A DNA stretch of 64,000 nt, from NCBI GenBank assembly GCA_041649715.1, contig JBAZMP010000001.1, positions 210,741 through 274,740 on the forward strand, read 5' to 3'. The position numbers and the translations under genes were made by a program. This DNA is from Patescibacteria group bacterium. GTDB lineage: Bacteria > Patescibacteriota > Patescibacteriia > JAXHNJ01. The notes beneath the pieces are model-generated. The model saw only the letters and a list, made by a program, of their open reading frames with translations. It was not told where the DNA came from and ran no database searches. Every line of letters starts with the position of its first letter. Within the stretch, counting starts at the first letter, position 1. Below are positions 49,834 through 60,170 of this stretch, piece after piece.

Positions 49834-49865
49834 CGCCGGTAAAGGCCGGCGATTTTTTATTTTTG
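49834..49865 (+). terminator. Rho-independent terminator after ndk (bidirectional position)
   Basis: CGCCGG-TAAAGG-CCGGCG followed by ATTTTTTATTTTTG. Confidence 0.55.
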
Positions 49866-50189
49866 AAAACAAGGACAGGGTTTATTTTTCAGCAAGCGCC
49901 TCTGGTTTTTTAGGCTAGTCAGATAATAATTTTGTCTGGCCCGGCCGCGGGCTAATTTTTTGCGCAGCGGCGATTGATGTCGATAGCCGCGTCTATTGAA
50001 TTCCCTGACTTGGTGTGTGTGTCTTGAATACAGCGCTTTTAATTTGCCCTGCCAGCGTAAAGTTTCCGGATGTTTTGAGTAGCCTTTTTTATGTTTCGTT
50101 AAGATACTCCAAATGGCATGAAGCTCCCGGTGTTCGCCCAAGAGGTGCAACCGGCAGAGGCTTTTGGGGTTAAGATCCCAGATGCGCAT
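49857..50189 (-). CDS. Pyrimidine dimer DNA glycosylase family (T4 endonuclease V / DenV-like)
   Basis: 110 aa. MRIWDLNPKSLCRLHLLGEHRELHAIW matches the LxxxHLxxEhREL N-terminal pattern of this family. Confidence 0.5.
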   Translation of the reverse strand: MRIWDLNPKSLCRLHLLGEHRELHAIWSILTKHKKGYSKHPETLRWQGKLKALYSRHTHQVREFNRRGYRHQSPLRKKLARGRARQNYYLTSLKNQRRLLKNKPCPCFQK

Positions 50190-50303
50190 AAATTACCCAT
50201 AGTTTATTCATCAGTCTATGTCATTTAATTTTCTTACCCTATTTTCGCTGGAAAGCCATAATATTATTTCAGTTGAGGGAAAAAATTTAGCGGGTTTTTT
50301 TTA

Positions 50304-51509
50304 TTAATTCCGCCCCCAGATGGCGTCCAAAATCTTCATCCGCGTGATCATGAAAGCCGGAATAAGTCCGGCGGCGATCGCCACCCACATGATAGTTTCC
50401 ATCCGCACGATATAATCAGCCGGATTGACGACCAGGACGGCGTCGCCAATCGGCAAGACAAAAGGAAAACGCTGGAAATAGGGGACTAAAATCGCGAAGA
50501 AGATGAGGGAGCCGAGCAGAACGCCGGACACCGAATAAATTGAGGTTTGGATGATGTAGGTCACGCGGATGATATAGGGTTTTATGCCGATGGCCCGTAA
50601 GATGCCGATCTGGCGTTTTTTATTGGTAATATCGATGTAGATAACGATGAAGATGGTGATGGCGGCGATCAACGTACCGACGAAAGTCAGTAAAACGTTG
50701 ATGCTTAAAAAACTGCCAGTGACCGTATCCATCAGACCAGAGACATCCTCCCAGGTGACGAATGTTTCATCAACACCGGCCGCTTTTATGCTTTCTATGG
50801 CCTGCTCGCCGTCTCTTTTTGCTAGGCGGACGATAATGGCCGTCGCCTTGTCGTCGGCTTGAGGGTTTATTTCTTGCCAGGCTTTATCCGTGATAAAAGC
50901 CCTTTGATCGGTATCGATAAATTTCGTGTAGAAGATACCCTTAATCGTAAATTCTTTAGTTGTCTGGCCCAGGTTAAGTGTTACCCTATCTCCCACTCGG
51001 GCATTTTTAAAAGAAAAAGCGTCCATTTCTACGTCTTGGCCGCCGGCAATCTGGCGGCCGATGATTATTTTATCCGTGTCGTCCGAGTCCAAATATTCTC
51101 CGCTGGTCATTTTTTCTGAAACGTTAGTCACTGTTTTTTCGGCCGTTGGGTCGATGGCTAAAATCGGCCAGCTGCCTTTAATGCCGTTGTATTCTAGGTT
51201 GCCTGAAACATAGGTTTGGGCGCTGACACCGCTCACGTTCTCCAATTTTTTGATTTTTTCCGTCACCGCCGAAGCGTCGGAAATAAAATCGTGCCCGGTC
51301 AGCGGCGTGATCATGATGTGGCCGGTATAGGTATCGATGATCTGGTCTTCGGCGGCTTTTATTATGCCGTTAAAAAGAGAGGTGATAAAGACGAGATTTA
51401 TGAAAGCAATGGCCATTAAAAATATTATAAGAAAGAGGGTCCATTTATTGCCTCTTCTCAAATATTTCCACATCAGGAAAAAGGGTATTCTTGTTTCGTA
51501 AATGGTCAT
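50304..51509 (-). CDS. ABC transporter permease (FtsX/MacB-like)
   Basis: 401 aa. N-terminal TM, large periplasmic domain, C-terminal 3-TM FtsX module. Confidence 0.8.
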   Translation of the reverse strand: MTIYETRIPFFLMWKYLRRGNKWTLFLIIFLMAIAFINLVFITSLFNGIIKAAEDQIIDTYTGHIMITPLTGHDFISDASAVTEKIKKLENVSGVSAQTYVSGNLEYNGIKGSWPILAIDPTAEKTVTNVSEKMTSGEYLDSDDTDKIIIGRQIAGGQDVEMDAFSFKNARVGDRVTLNLGQTTKEFTIKGIFYTKFIDTDQRAFITDKAWQEINPQADDKATAIIVRLAKRDGEQAIESIKAAGVDETFVTWEDVSGLMDTVTGSFLSINVLLTFVGTLIAAITIFIVIYIDITNKKRQIGILRAIGIKPYIIRVTYIIQTSIYSVSGVLLGSLIFFAILVPYFQRFPFVLPIGDAVLVVNPADYIVRMETIMWVAIAAGLIPAFMITRMKILDAIWGRN

Positions 51510-52234
51510 ATTATTTTGCCGTCTGCCAGTTTAATTAGACGATTCGCGTAAACTTCTTCTTCAGTTTCATGCGTGACCATAATAATGGTGTGTTTGTCGT
51601 GTTCATTCAGGTGTTTAAAAATTCCCAAAACTTCTTTTGCCGCCACGGTGTCCAGGTTGGCCGTTGGCTCATCGGCAAAAAGCACCTCCGGGTCGTTTAC
51701 GAGGGCCCGGGCGATCGCCACTTTTTGCTGTTCGCCGCCGGAAAGCTGGGAGGGGAGATTGTCAAATCTGTGCCCTAAGCCGACTTTATCCAGCAGCTCT
51801 TTGGCTCGGCCGCGGCATTCTTTGGAACTTTGAAGCATCATGGCGGGGATCATTACGTTTTCCAGAGCCGTTAATTCCGGGATCAGGGCATATTCCTGAA
51901 AAATATAGCCCAATTTATTTAAGCGCATGGCCCGCCTTTCCTTCGTGGACATCTTAGCAACCTCTTTGCCGCCAATATAAATTTCTCCCTCATTTGGTCG
52001 GTCGACCAAGGCGAGTTGCCGCAACAAAGTGGATTTTCCCGAGCCGTTGCGGCCGGTAATAATCAAAAAATCCCCTTCATTTATTTCCAAAGAGACGCCG
52101 CTTAAAGCCGGCACTCTGACTTCGCCTAATTTGTAGGTCTTGAAGAGATTTTTGACTTTTATAATGGGATCGCTCATAGAATTTATTTTATTATAAGGGA
52201 AATAAAGCTGATTGTCAAAGCTAAAAAAAGCCAT
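51506..52234 (-). CDS. ABC transporter ATP-binding protein (MacB/LolD-like)
   Basis: 242 aa. Walker [10 protein letters not shown]. Signature LSGGEQQ. Walker B LFADEPT. Confidence 0.85.
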   Translation of the reverse strand: MAFFSFDNQLYFPYNKINSMSDPIIKVKNLFKTYKLGEVRVPALSGVSLEINEGDFLIITGRNGSGKSTLLRQLALVDRPNEGEIYIGGKEVAKMSTKERRAMRLNKLGYIFQEYALIPELTALENVMIPAMMLQSSKECRGRAKELLDKVGLGHRFDNLPSQLSGGEQQKVAIARALVNDPEVLFADEPTANLDTVAAKEVLGIFKHLNEHDKHTIIMVTHETEEEVYANRLIKLADGKII

Positions 52235-52380
52235 CCGATTTGACTCAGATGACTTTTGTTGACTGGTTAGGGTGTTTTAGGCACCGCAACCGCCGCACGG
52301 AGGTTTTTGCATATATTTGTCCTTGTTATTAATAAGTACTCTTTGGCTACTACAATATATTCTTATCGGACTAATTTGTC

Positions 52381-52414
52381 AAAATAAAAAAACCGCTCCT
52401 TTTTTAGGGAGCGG
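52381..52414 (-). terminator. Rho-independent terminator after the GC-rich two-gene block
   Basis: Minus strand CCGCTCC-loop-GGAGCGG followed by TTTTTTTATTTT. Confidence 0.5.
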
Positions 52415-52440
52415 TTCAAGGTTCGTGGTTCAAAGAAATT

Positions 52441-53076
52441 TCAGTCCCTCTTGGCGAAGGGACGCATGAATTTACCGCAATCCGGGTGTCCACACTCAAC
52501 GAGCATTTTCGCGCCCTCGTCGGTTTCCGCCCTGCTGATATGATTCGGTTCGAACCCGCAGAAATAGCACCCCTGCTTGTGGGTTACGGCGCGGACGAGC
52601 TTGGAGAAAACTATACCTTTGGATTTCTTCGGCTTGGCGGTTTTCTTTTGCGCCGGCTTCTTTTTTTCCGGCAGGGAAGGAAGGAGCGCTTCATCCGAAA
52701 GGATGCGTTCTGCTATTTCTTCCGCGGGTTCCGGTGTTTGGCTGGGCTGGTGCAGAGTGCCGCACAAGCGGCACTTGGCGACTGACATCATGCCTCTGTC
52801 CGCGGTAAGGATTCGGACGATCGGATTGTTGCCTTCCAAGCAGCGATAACAGGCTTGGGAGCTACTCACGGCTTTGGGAAGTTCCGCATAGACGACGTTC
52901 GGGATCGTCGTTTTCCGAACCACGGGTTTGGCCGGAACGAACAGGGCGCAGGCTTGAGCGCGAGTCAGGCAGTTACTCGTTCCCCAGGGAAAAAAAAGGT
53001 CGCCGACCAGATAGCCATAGCGCTTGCCGCCTTCCGCCGGCGGTTTTCCATTGTGGGTGATAACCCGAATGGACAT
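52441..53076 (-). CDS. GC-rich zinc-ribbon protein (start adjusted to the internal Met with strong RBS)
   Basis: The track ORF 52441..53205 overlaps the upstream gene. CCAAAGGAGGaatacgATG gives MSIRVITHNG... at 53076. Two CxxC...CxxC pairs (CYRC...CRLC; CYFC...CGHPDC). Confidence 0.45.
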   Translation of the reverse strand: MSIRVITHNGKPPAEGGKRYGYLVGDLFFPWGTSNCLTRAQACALFVPAKPVVRKTTIPNVVYAELPKAVSSSQACYRCLEGNNPIVRILTADRGMMSVAKCRLCGTLHQPSQTPEPAEEIAERILSDEALLPSLPEKKKPAQKKTAKPKKSKGIVFSKLVRAVTHKQGCYFCGFEPNHISRAETDEGAKMLVECGHPDCGKFMRPFAKRD

Positions 53077-53092
53077 CGTATTCCTCCTTTGG

Positions 53093-53449
53093 TTAGAGCT
53101 CTTTCTTTGACTCTCTTTTCCAGACAACCGCCAGATCGTCGCTGCCGTTCCTGACCAAAAGGCAGAATGGGCAGCCTTTTTTCCAGAGGCGTTCGATCGG
53201 ACCATCCAGAGCGTTGAAATCCCGTATTGTCTCGCCGGTCAGCCGGACGTCTATTTTATCCGGCTTGGCCACTTTCTCGGCGACAAAGACACTGTTGCCC
53301 GTTTCTCGGGTTACTCGGAGAAGAACACGATCCGTGCTGGCATAGGAGGAGCGGTCAGCCGCTATTTCCGACAGGTCAAAAGCCTTCCAGACGTTTTTGA
53401 GTATGGCCATCAATTCCCCCCCCTCTCTCGTTACAGGTGAAAAGAGCAA
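53093..53449 (-). CDS. GC-rich hypothetical protein, first gene of the two-gene block
   Basis: 118 aa. No motif recognised. Ends 17 nt before the adjusted start of the next gene. Confidence 0.4.
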   Translation of the reverse strand: MLFSPVTREGGELMAILKNVWKAFDLSEIAADRSSYASTDRVLLRVTRETGNSVFVAEKVAKPDKIDVRLTGETIRDFNALDGPIERLWKKGCPFCLLVRNGSDDLAVVWKRESKKEL

Positions 53450-53577
53450 AAAAAATTAACAAACCAACTATTTGTTAACATAACTTAACATATTAAATAA
53501 AAATGTCAAGGCTGAACAAGCGGAGATTGTTCTAAGTTATTGCTTTTTCAATATTAAAATGGTTATCGGATTTTCTT

Positions 53578-54012
53578 TTACGTTTTGATTTTCTTTGCTA
53601 TCTGGAGCAGTTTTTTATCCTGCGGCCAGCGGCATTTTTTTATCGCTTCCGAGGCCGTGAAAAAATGCGGGGAATATTTTCTGTCAAAAGACGTTTTGCT
53701 TTTCATTTTTTTCAAATCTTGGAGTCGGGCCAGAAAAACATGGACGGTTTTATAGGTTTTTACATTATTTCTTAAAAAGTTATATCTATATTGACCGATT
53801 TTCCGGATGATTTCTATATTCTTAAAACCGGTTTCTTCGCGTGCTTCCCGCCAAGCGGTTTGCCGGTAAGATTCGCTTTTGCGCGTGTGTCCATACGACT
53901 GGACGTAATGCTTATAATGGCCGTCATAGAGCAATAAAAACTTGCCGCGGTAGGTGATGACCAGGCCGGCGGTAATGACACGAATTCGATGAACACCGGA
54001 TTTCATATACAA
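53578..54012 (-). CDS. NUDIX hydrolase
   Basis: 144 aa. Nudix box REAREETGF. Confidence 0.7.
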   Translation of the reverse strand: MYMKSGVHRIRVITAGLVITYRGKFLLLYDGHYKHYVQSYGHTRKSESYRQTAWREAREETGFKNIEIIRKIGQYRYNFLRNNVKTYKTVHVFLARLQDLKKMKSKTSFDRKYSPHFFTASEAIKKCRWPQDKKLLQIAKKIKT

Positions 54013-54070
54013 TTATAAGTCGCAATTTATAAATTTTGCGGACAAGCAGGCACCTCTAGTAATATTGATT

Positions 54071-54241
54071 AAATACCCGGGTCGGGGTAGTGGGATTTGA
54101 ACCCACGACCTCATGCACCCCATGCATGCGCGCTAGCCAACTGCGCTATACCCCGCTAGAAATTCTTGGAATTTTTGGAGCCCCGTTATGAAAATGATTT
54201 CTAACGGGGATACCCCTTAAAGCCCCGACCCGGGTATTTAA
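54071..54241. repeat. 19-bp perfect inverted repeat bracketing tRNA-Pro, plus an internal 8-bp hairpin
   Basis: AAATACCCGGGTCGGGG (54071..54087, overlapping the tRNA 3' end) and CCCCGACCCGGGTATTTAA (54223..54241). Hairpin CCCCGTTA/TAACGGGG at 54181..54209. Confidence 0.6.
54082..54155 (-). tRNA. tRNA-Pro (anticodon GGG)
   Basis: Minus strand CGGGGTA-TA-GCGC-AGTTGGCTA-GCGC-G-CATGC-ATGGGGT-GCATG-AGGTC-GTGGG-TTCAAAT-CCCAC-TACCCCG-A. C1:G72 pair typical of tRNA-Pro. Confidence 0.8.
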
Positions 54242-54258
54242 AGTCTCAGACCGACGTT

Positions 54259-54432
54259 TTATTTCTGTTTGGCCGCCGTCTTGATGCAGGAGGTGCAGAC
54301 ACGGAGTTTTTTGCCGTTTTTTATCAAAGTCTGAAAATTTACTTTTTGTAATCTTTTTGAGGCTATGTTAGAATGACTGCGGGAATTGCTTTTTTTTGCG
54401 GTTCTGCCGCAGATTTCACAAGATTTCGCCAT
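54259..54432 (-). CDS. rpmB: 50S ribosomal protein bL28 (below the ORF-track size cut-off)
   Basis: 57 aa. MAKSCEICGRTAKKSNSRSHSNIASKRLQKVNFQTLIKNGKKLRVCTSCIKTAAKQK, the L28 pattern (CEICGK...SHSN...). Confidence 0.8.
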   Translation of the reverse strand: MAKSCEICGRTAKKSNSRSHSNIASKRLQKVNFQTLIKNGKKLRVCTSCIKTAAKQK

Positions 54433-54514
54433 AACGTTTTTTCTTTCCTAATTTTTAAATAAGTAATCTTTTACCAGCATAGCACTTCCCCGGATATTTT
54501 AAAAGGGTCATTCC

Positions 54515-55141
54515 ATGATTATAAACTATCTTTTTACCGAGCCGTTTTTTTTCCTGATCTGGTTGCTGGCCATTTTCGTCGGCATTACCATTCATGAATT
54601 TGCCCACGCCTTGGTCGCTAACTTGTCGGGCGATCCGACCGCCAAAAATATGGGCCGTCTTACCCTGAATCCTTTGGCGCATATCGATTTGATGGGTCTT
54701 TTATTATTGCTTTTGGCCGGTTTCGGCTACGGCAAACCGGTGCCGATTAATCCCTACAATTTCCGGAATCAGAAATGGGGGACGATCTTCGTTTCGGTCG
54801 CCGGCCCCTTGTCCAATCTTTTGCAAATTGCCGTTTTCGGCCTGGCCTTAAAATATTTGTCATTTTTGGGGCCGACCAATTTTTTGGTGAATTTCCTCTT
54901 TTCGCTGGTCTATGTGAATATTATTTTAATGGTTTTTAATATTCTGCCTATTCCTCCCCTGGATGGGTCAAAGATCTTCTTAAAGCTGCTGCCGGGCTCC
55001 TTGGACAGTTTTAAGCTTAAGTTGGAGCAATTTGGCCCCGTAATTCTGCTCTTGCTTATTATTTTTGACCGTTTATTTAACCTTAATATTTTTGCGACCA
55101 TCTTTACCTATATTTCCAGTCTGATTTTTAGCCTTTTTTGA
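54515..55141 (+). CDS. Site-2 protease family (M50) membrane metalloprotease
   Basis: 208 aa. HEFAHAL within a TM helix. NILPIPPLDGSKI (the LDG motif). Confidence 0.75.
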   Translation: MIINYLFTEPFFFLIWLLAIFVGITIHEFAHALVANLSGDPTAKNMGRLTLNPLAHIDLMGLLLLLLAGFGYGKPVPINPYNFRNQKWGTIFVSVAGPLSNLLQIAVFGLALKYLSFLGPTNFLVNFLFSLVYVNIILMVFNILPIPPLDGSKIFLKLLPGSLDSFKLKLEQFGPVILLLLIIFDRLFNLNIFATIFTYISSLIFSLF

Positions 55142-55147
55142 ACGTAT

Positions 55148-55177
55148 TTGACAAGTAAAGCCCACCTCTGCTATATT
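55148..55177 (+). promoter_or_regulatory. Sigma70-like promoter upstream of rpsL
   Basis: TTGACA, 18-nt spacer, TATATT. Confidence 0.4.
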
Positions 55178-55259
55178 TTAGCCAAGGAATCCTCGCTCGC
55201 TTATATGAGGTTTTTTTATTGAAATAATCGATAATTTCTGTTAAAATTAAAGCAATCAT

Positions 55260-55685
<426 letters not shown>

Positions 55686-55686
55686 T

Positions 55687-56157
55687 ATGAGAGGAAAAGG
55701 AGAATATAAAAGAAAAACAAGTCCGGACCCCAAATTTTTTAGCGGGACGCTGGCCAAGTTTATAAACCAGGTTATGCGTTGCGGAAAAAAATCGACCGCC
55801 CAGCGGGTTGTCTACGGTAGTTTTGAAATCATCAAGGAAAAAACCAAGAAAGACCCTCTGGAAATTTTTGACACTGCCTTAAAGAATATCATGCCGGTAG
55901 TGGAGGTAAAATCGCGCCGGATCGGCGGCGCCAATTACCAGATTCCCGTGGAAGTGCGAGGCGACCGGAGACTGGCCTTGGCCAGGCGCTGGCTAATCGG
56001 GGCGGCCAGAGAAAAGAAAGGCAAGCCCATGGCGGTGAAATTGGCCGATGAAGTGATCGCCGCGTCGCAAAAACAGGGAGCGGCCATCGCCAAGCGCGAG
56101 GATATGCACCGGATGGCGGAAGCCAACCGCGCTTTTGCTCATTTCGGTCGCAGTTAA
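55687..56157 (+). CDS. rpsG: 30S ribosomal protein uS7
   Basis: Start taken at the ATG at 55687 (MRGKGEYKRKTSPDPKF...); the track ORF extends upstream out of context. ANYQIPVEVR motif. Confidence 0.9.
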   Translation: MRGKGEYKRKTSPDPKFFSGTLAKFINQVMRCGKKSTAQRVVYGSFEIIKEKTKKDPLEIFDTALKNIMPVVEVKSRRIGGANYQIPVEVRGDRRLALARRWLIGAAREKKGKPMAVKLADEVIAASQKQGAAIAKREDMHRMAEANRAFAHFGRS

Positions 56158-56184
56158 AAACCCGTCTCTTAACATATAAAATAT

Positions 56185-56430
56185 ATGGAAGAAGAAAAGA
56201 AACTAGAAAATCAAGAGTTTGCCCTAAAGGGCCTTTTGGAAGAATCTGAACGGTTAGTGGCCGCCTATAATGAGACACTGCAAGGAGGGAGGGATTTTCC
56301 TGAAGTGCAGGCGACAATCAAAGAAAATTTAGCCATGATTATCGGAGAGATCGAGAAGATCGATCCGGACAAAGTGCCGGTTGCGGCAAGGGACATTCTT
56401 GAGGGTCAGGAAACAAGTGCCAAGCCGTAA
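56185..56430 (+). CDS. Small acidic hypothetical protein inserted between rpsG and fusA
   Basis: 81 aa. No motif recognised. Confidence 0.4.
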   Translation: MEEEKKLENQEFALKGLLEESERLVAAYNETLQGGRDFPEVQATIKENLAMIIGEIEKIDPDKVPVAARDILEGQETSAKP

Positions 56431-56495
56431 ATAAGCGGAGAAGAAAGAGCGCCTCGCTTTCACTTATTTTAACCATAAATTATATATTTTTCATT

Positions 56496-58571
56496 ATGCC
56501 CCGAGAGATTAGTTTAGAAAAAACGAGGAACATCGGCATCATCGCCCATATCGACGCCGGAAAAACCACGGTTTCCGAGCGCATTTTGTATTACACCGGG
56601 AAAAAGCACAAAATCGGCGAAGTGCACGACGGCGCGGCGGAGATGGACTGGATGGAGCAGGAAAAAGAACGGGGCATCACTATCACTTCGGCCGCCACCA
56701 CTTGTTCTTGGAAAGATCACCGCATAAATATTATAGATACGCCTGGCCATATTGATTTTACGGCGGAAGTGCAGCGTTCTTTGCGGGTCTTGGACGGCGG
56801 AGTGGTGGTTTTTGACGGCGTGGCCGGGGTGGAGCCGCAGTCGGAAACCGTCTGGCATCAGGCGGAAAAATTCAAGGTGCCCCTGATCTGTTTTGTCAAT
56901 AAGATGGACCGGATGGGCGCTAATTTTTATTTTGACTTGGATTCCATTCACGAAAGGTTGAGCAAAAATGCCGTGCCGATTCAGCTGCCCATCGGCGCCG
57001 AAAGCAATTTTGCCGGCATTGTTGATTTATTCGAAAGAACAGCGAGAATTTATAAAGATGATATGGGCAAGGAATGGGAGGATACGGAGGTGCCGGCCGA
57101 AATGAAAGAAAAGGTGGAAGAATATCGTCATCAAATGGTCGAGCTGATCTGCGAACAAGATGATAAGCTGCTTCACCAATATCTAGAGGGCAAGGAACCG
57201 ACTGTGGCAGAGATGAAAAAAGTATTGCGCCAGGCGACTATCGCCCATAAGCTTTTTCCCGTATTATGCGGCACGGCCTTAAAAAACAAGGGCGTGCAAT
57301 TTATGCTGGATGCAGTCAATGATTATCTGCCATCGCCCCTGGACGTCCCGGCCGTGGAGGGGTTTGAACCCCGGACGGAAAATAAGATTACCCGTCAGGC
57401 GAGCGACACGGCCCCTTTTGCCGCTCTGGCCTTTAAAGTAGCCACTGATCCGTACGTCGGAACGCTGACTTTTTTTCGGGTTTATTCAGGAATTTTAACC
57501 ACCGGCTCCTATGTTTTGAACGCCCGGACCGAGAAAAAGGAAAGAATCGGACGAGTCGTCCGGCTTCACGCCAATCACCGGGAGGAAGTGAAAGAAGTAT
57601 ACGCCGGCGATATCGCCGCCGCCGTCGGCCTGAAGAATACGACGACCGGCGATACGCTTTGCGATGAAAATGAGCCCATTGTTTTGGAATCAATTAATTT
57701 CCCTGAGCCGGTTATTTCCGTGGCCATTGAGCCGAAGACCAAAGCCGATCAGGAAAAAATGGGCTTTGCCTTGGCCAAATTGATGCAAGAAGACCCGACC
57801 TTTAAGGTCAAATCTGACGAAGAGGTCAGCCAGACGATTATTTCCGGGATGGGCGAGCTGCATCTGGACATATTAGTCGACCGCATGAAACGGGAATTCG
57901 GAGTGGCCGCCAATGTCGGCCAGCCGCAAGTGGCGTATAAAGAGACGATCACCCAAACCGCGGAAGCGGAAGGTAAATATATCAAACAATCCGGCGGCCG
58001 CGGCCAGTACGGCCACTGTTTTCTGCGGGTGGAAAAACAGGAAAGCGGCAAGGGTTTTGAATTTGTTGACGAAGTGAAGGGCGGGGTGATACCCAAGGAG
58101 TACATATTGCCGATTCATAAGGGTGTGAAAGAGGCCATGGATAACGGGGTTTTGGCCGGCTACCCCCTGGTGGATATAAAAGTGACGGTCTATGACGGTA
58201 CTTACCACGAGGTTGATTCAAGCGAGGCGGCTTTTAAGATCGCCGGCTCGATGGCGCTGCAGGCGGCGGTAAAAAGAGCGAAGCCTATCTTGCTTGAACC
58301 GATCATGAAGATTGAGGTGGTGACGCCGGAAAAATTCATGGGCGATGTTATCGGCGACTTGAATTCCAAACGGGCCCATATCAAGAATATGCGCGATCGC
58401 GCCGCCTCGAAGATAATAGACGCGGACGTGCCGTTGGCCGCGATGTTCGGCTATACCACCACTCTGCGTTCAATGACTCAAGGAAGGGCTTCGTCATCCA
58501 TGGAATTTTCTCATTACGCCGGCGTACCGCCCCATATCGCGGAAAGTATAAAGGAGGGAAAGAAAAAATAA
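56496..58571 (+). CDS. fusA: Elongation factor G
   Basis: 691 aa. G1 [10 protein letters not shown]3 DTPGH, G4 NKMD. Confidence 0.95.
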   Translation: MPREISLEKTRNIGIIAHIDAGKTTVSERILYYTGKKHKIGEVHDGAAEMDWMEQEKERGITITSAATTCSWKDHRINIIDTPGHIDFTAEVQRSLRVLDGGVVVFDGVAGVEPQSETVWHQAEKFKVPLICFVNKMDRMGANFYFDLDSIHERLSKNAVPIQLPIGAESNFAGIVDLFERTARIYKDDMGKEWEDTEVPAEMKEKVEEYRHQMVELICEQDDKLLHQYLEGKEPTVAEMKKVLRQATIAHKLFPVLCGTALKNKGVQFMLDAVNDYLPSPLDVPAVEGFEPRTENKITRQASDTAPFAALAFKVATDPYVGTLTFFRVYSGILTTGSYVLNARTEKKERIGRVVRLHANHREEVKEVYAGDIAAAVGLKNTTTGDTLCDENEPIVLESINFPEPVISVAIEPKTKADQEKMGFALAKLMQEDPTFKVKSDEEVSQTIISGMGELHLDILVDRMKREFGVAANVGQPQVAYKETITQTAEAEGKYIKQSGGRGQYGHCFLRVEKQESGKGFEFVDEVKGGVIPKEYILPIHKGVKEAMDNGVLAGYPLVDIKVTVYDGTYHEVDSSEAAFKIAGSMALQAAVKRAKPILLEPIMKIEVVTPEKFMGDVIGDLNSKRAHIKNMRDRAASKIIDADVPLAAMFGYTTTLRSMTQGRASSSMEFSHYAGVPPHIAESIKEGKKK

Positions 58572-59914
58572 TGCCGTATCCGGCTGGTAAAAAAAACACA
58601 AATTTTCTGGCGGGAGTGATCGTTCTAGTTTTCGGCCTGGCGGTTATTATCGTCGGGGGTTTTTTATATTTTAAATTTCACGGGGCTAAAACTCGCGCCG
58701 ACAATGCGCTTCAACCAGCCATTTCATTTTTTGAAAGCGCGGGCAGGGAAGTGACCAGCCAGGCTGAGATAACTTCGCCGATTAAATTGATTTATGCCGA
58801 GCGGATCGTGACCGAAGTGGGGCAGACGGGTGACAATAAATACACCACCAATTATTATCTCACCGATCTTAAGGGCGAAAATAAATATCGGTTTTATCAG
58901 GCCGGTGATTTAACCCTGGAAAGCGCTTATCCTTATATTGACAATTCCCTGATAATCTTAAAAGAGTTTGGTCAAGCGGAGAACCGGGCTCTCGGTTTAG
59001 ACGGTTTGCCTAAGGATGTTTTTTTACCGCCGGTTTATTTCGGCACGGACTTTATTTTATCCGATGATCACAAGAATATCGCTTATTTGGAGAGTAAAAA
59101 GGCGGACAAGGAAGATGTTGCCAGCACAGATTTCAAATACTTGATAAAAATAAAAAATTTAACCGATAATACGGTAAAAGAGTTTGATCCCCTGAAGATA
59201 AAAAATAACGACCAGAGTTTTTCCCAGTATTTTCCGCTGGCTTTCTCGGCGGATCAAAAAATATTATATATTTACGGAACGGACGAAATTTCGGACAACA
59301 TGTGGCAAAATACAACCGGTCTTTACGCCCTTAATATATCTTCCATGGAAAGCGAGGAGGTCTATTATTTTTCGCCGGAAGAAAGCGAAGAAAAGGATCG
59401 TTTTATGCTCCTGGCGGTTTATCCGATCCTTGATCTTGCCCTGGTCAGCCGGGCGCCGCAGATGATCAAAAACGACGAACTGGTTTTTCGCACCCAATTA
59501 CAGACTCTTAATCTTCAAACAAAGAAATTTTCCGATCTCTATATTGATGAAACAGCGGACCATGTGGGTATGGGGGGCAAAATATTGTCTCCCGACGGTC
59601 AAAAACTGATTTTGCTGAAAGACGCTTTTTATGATCAAGGTTTAAGTTATTACGATATCAGCGCCAGAAAAACCTATAAACTGACCGATCAGGGCGAGTT
59701 TATCGCCTGGCTTTCAGATAACGAGACTGTAATATATCAAAAATTATTGAGCAATCAAGAAAATGAGACCATTCTTAGCGAAAAAATCGAATTGCATGCC
59801 CTAAATATCCGTACTAAAGAGGATTACAAGATTTATACCCAGAATGTTCTTTATGAGGGCGCCAGCCTGAACCGAGCGGGCGACACTTATTATTCATGGA
59901 TAGGCAGTCTGTAG
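58571..59914 (+). CDS. Hypothetical membrane-anchored protein inserted between fusA and tuf
   Basis: 447 aa. N-terminal TM. Start overlaps the fusA stop. Confidence 0.5.
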   Translation: MPYPAGKKNTNFLAGVIVLVFGLAVIIVGGFLYFKFHGAKTRADNALQPAISFFESAGREVTSQAEITSPIKLIYAERIVTEVGQTGDNKYTTNYYLTDLKGENKYRFYQAGDLTLESAYPYIDNSLIILKEFGQAENRALGLDGLPKDVFLPPVYFGTDFILSDDHKNIAYLESKKADKEDVASTDFKYLIKIKNLTDNTVKEFDPLKIKNNDQSFSQYFPLAFSADQKILYIYGTDEISDNMWQNTTGLYALNISSMESEEVYYFSPEESEEKDRFMLLAVYPILDLALVSRAPQMIKNDELVFRTQLQTLNLQTKKFSDLYIDETADHVGMGGKILSPDGQKLILLKDAFYDQGLSYYDISARKTYKLTDQGEFIAWLSDNETVIYQKLLSNQENETILSEKIELHALNIRTKEDYKIYTQNVLYEGASLNRAGDTYYSWIGSL

Positions 59915-60035
59915 GGGTAAAATTCTCCGCGCCGCCAAGAGATCTTAGCGCAAAAAACTCTTGATTTATGAAAATGATTTTTGGCTAAAAATAGCCATTT
60001 TATTTAGAAAATGATAACCTTGTTGCTCTTTTCCC

Positions 60036-60064
60036 TTGTCAAAAAATATGTTTATTGCTATAAT
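60036..60064 (+). promoter_or_regulatory. Sigma70-like promoter upstream of tuf
   Basis: TTGTCA, 17-nt spacer, TATAAT. Confidence 0.45.
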
Positions 60065-60170
60065 CAGAGTTGCCTATTTAATTATTTTTTATTAATATTG
60101 TAGGATAAGGATAATTAAAATATCGGCATTTTTTAAAAATTAGCTTACTTTTTAGAAAGGAATAAACAAA

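Noticed and set aside
52441-53205. Overlap between the 254-aa and 118-aa minus-strand ORFs, possibly a frameshifted pseudogene
   Set aside because: A strong internal RBS (GGAGG) plus an ATG at 53076 gives a non-overlapping start, so this is two intact adjacent genes.
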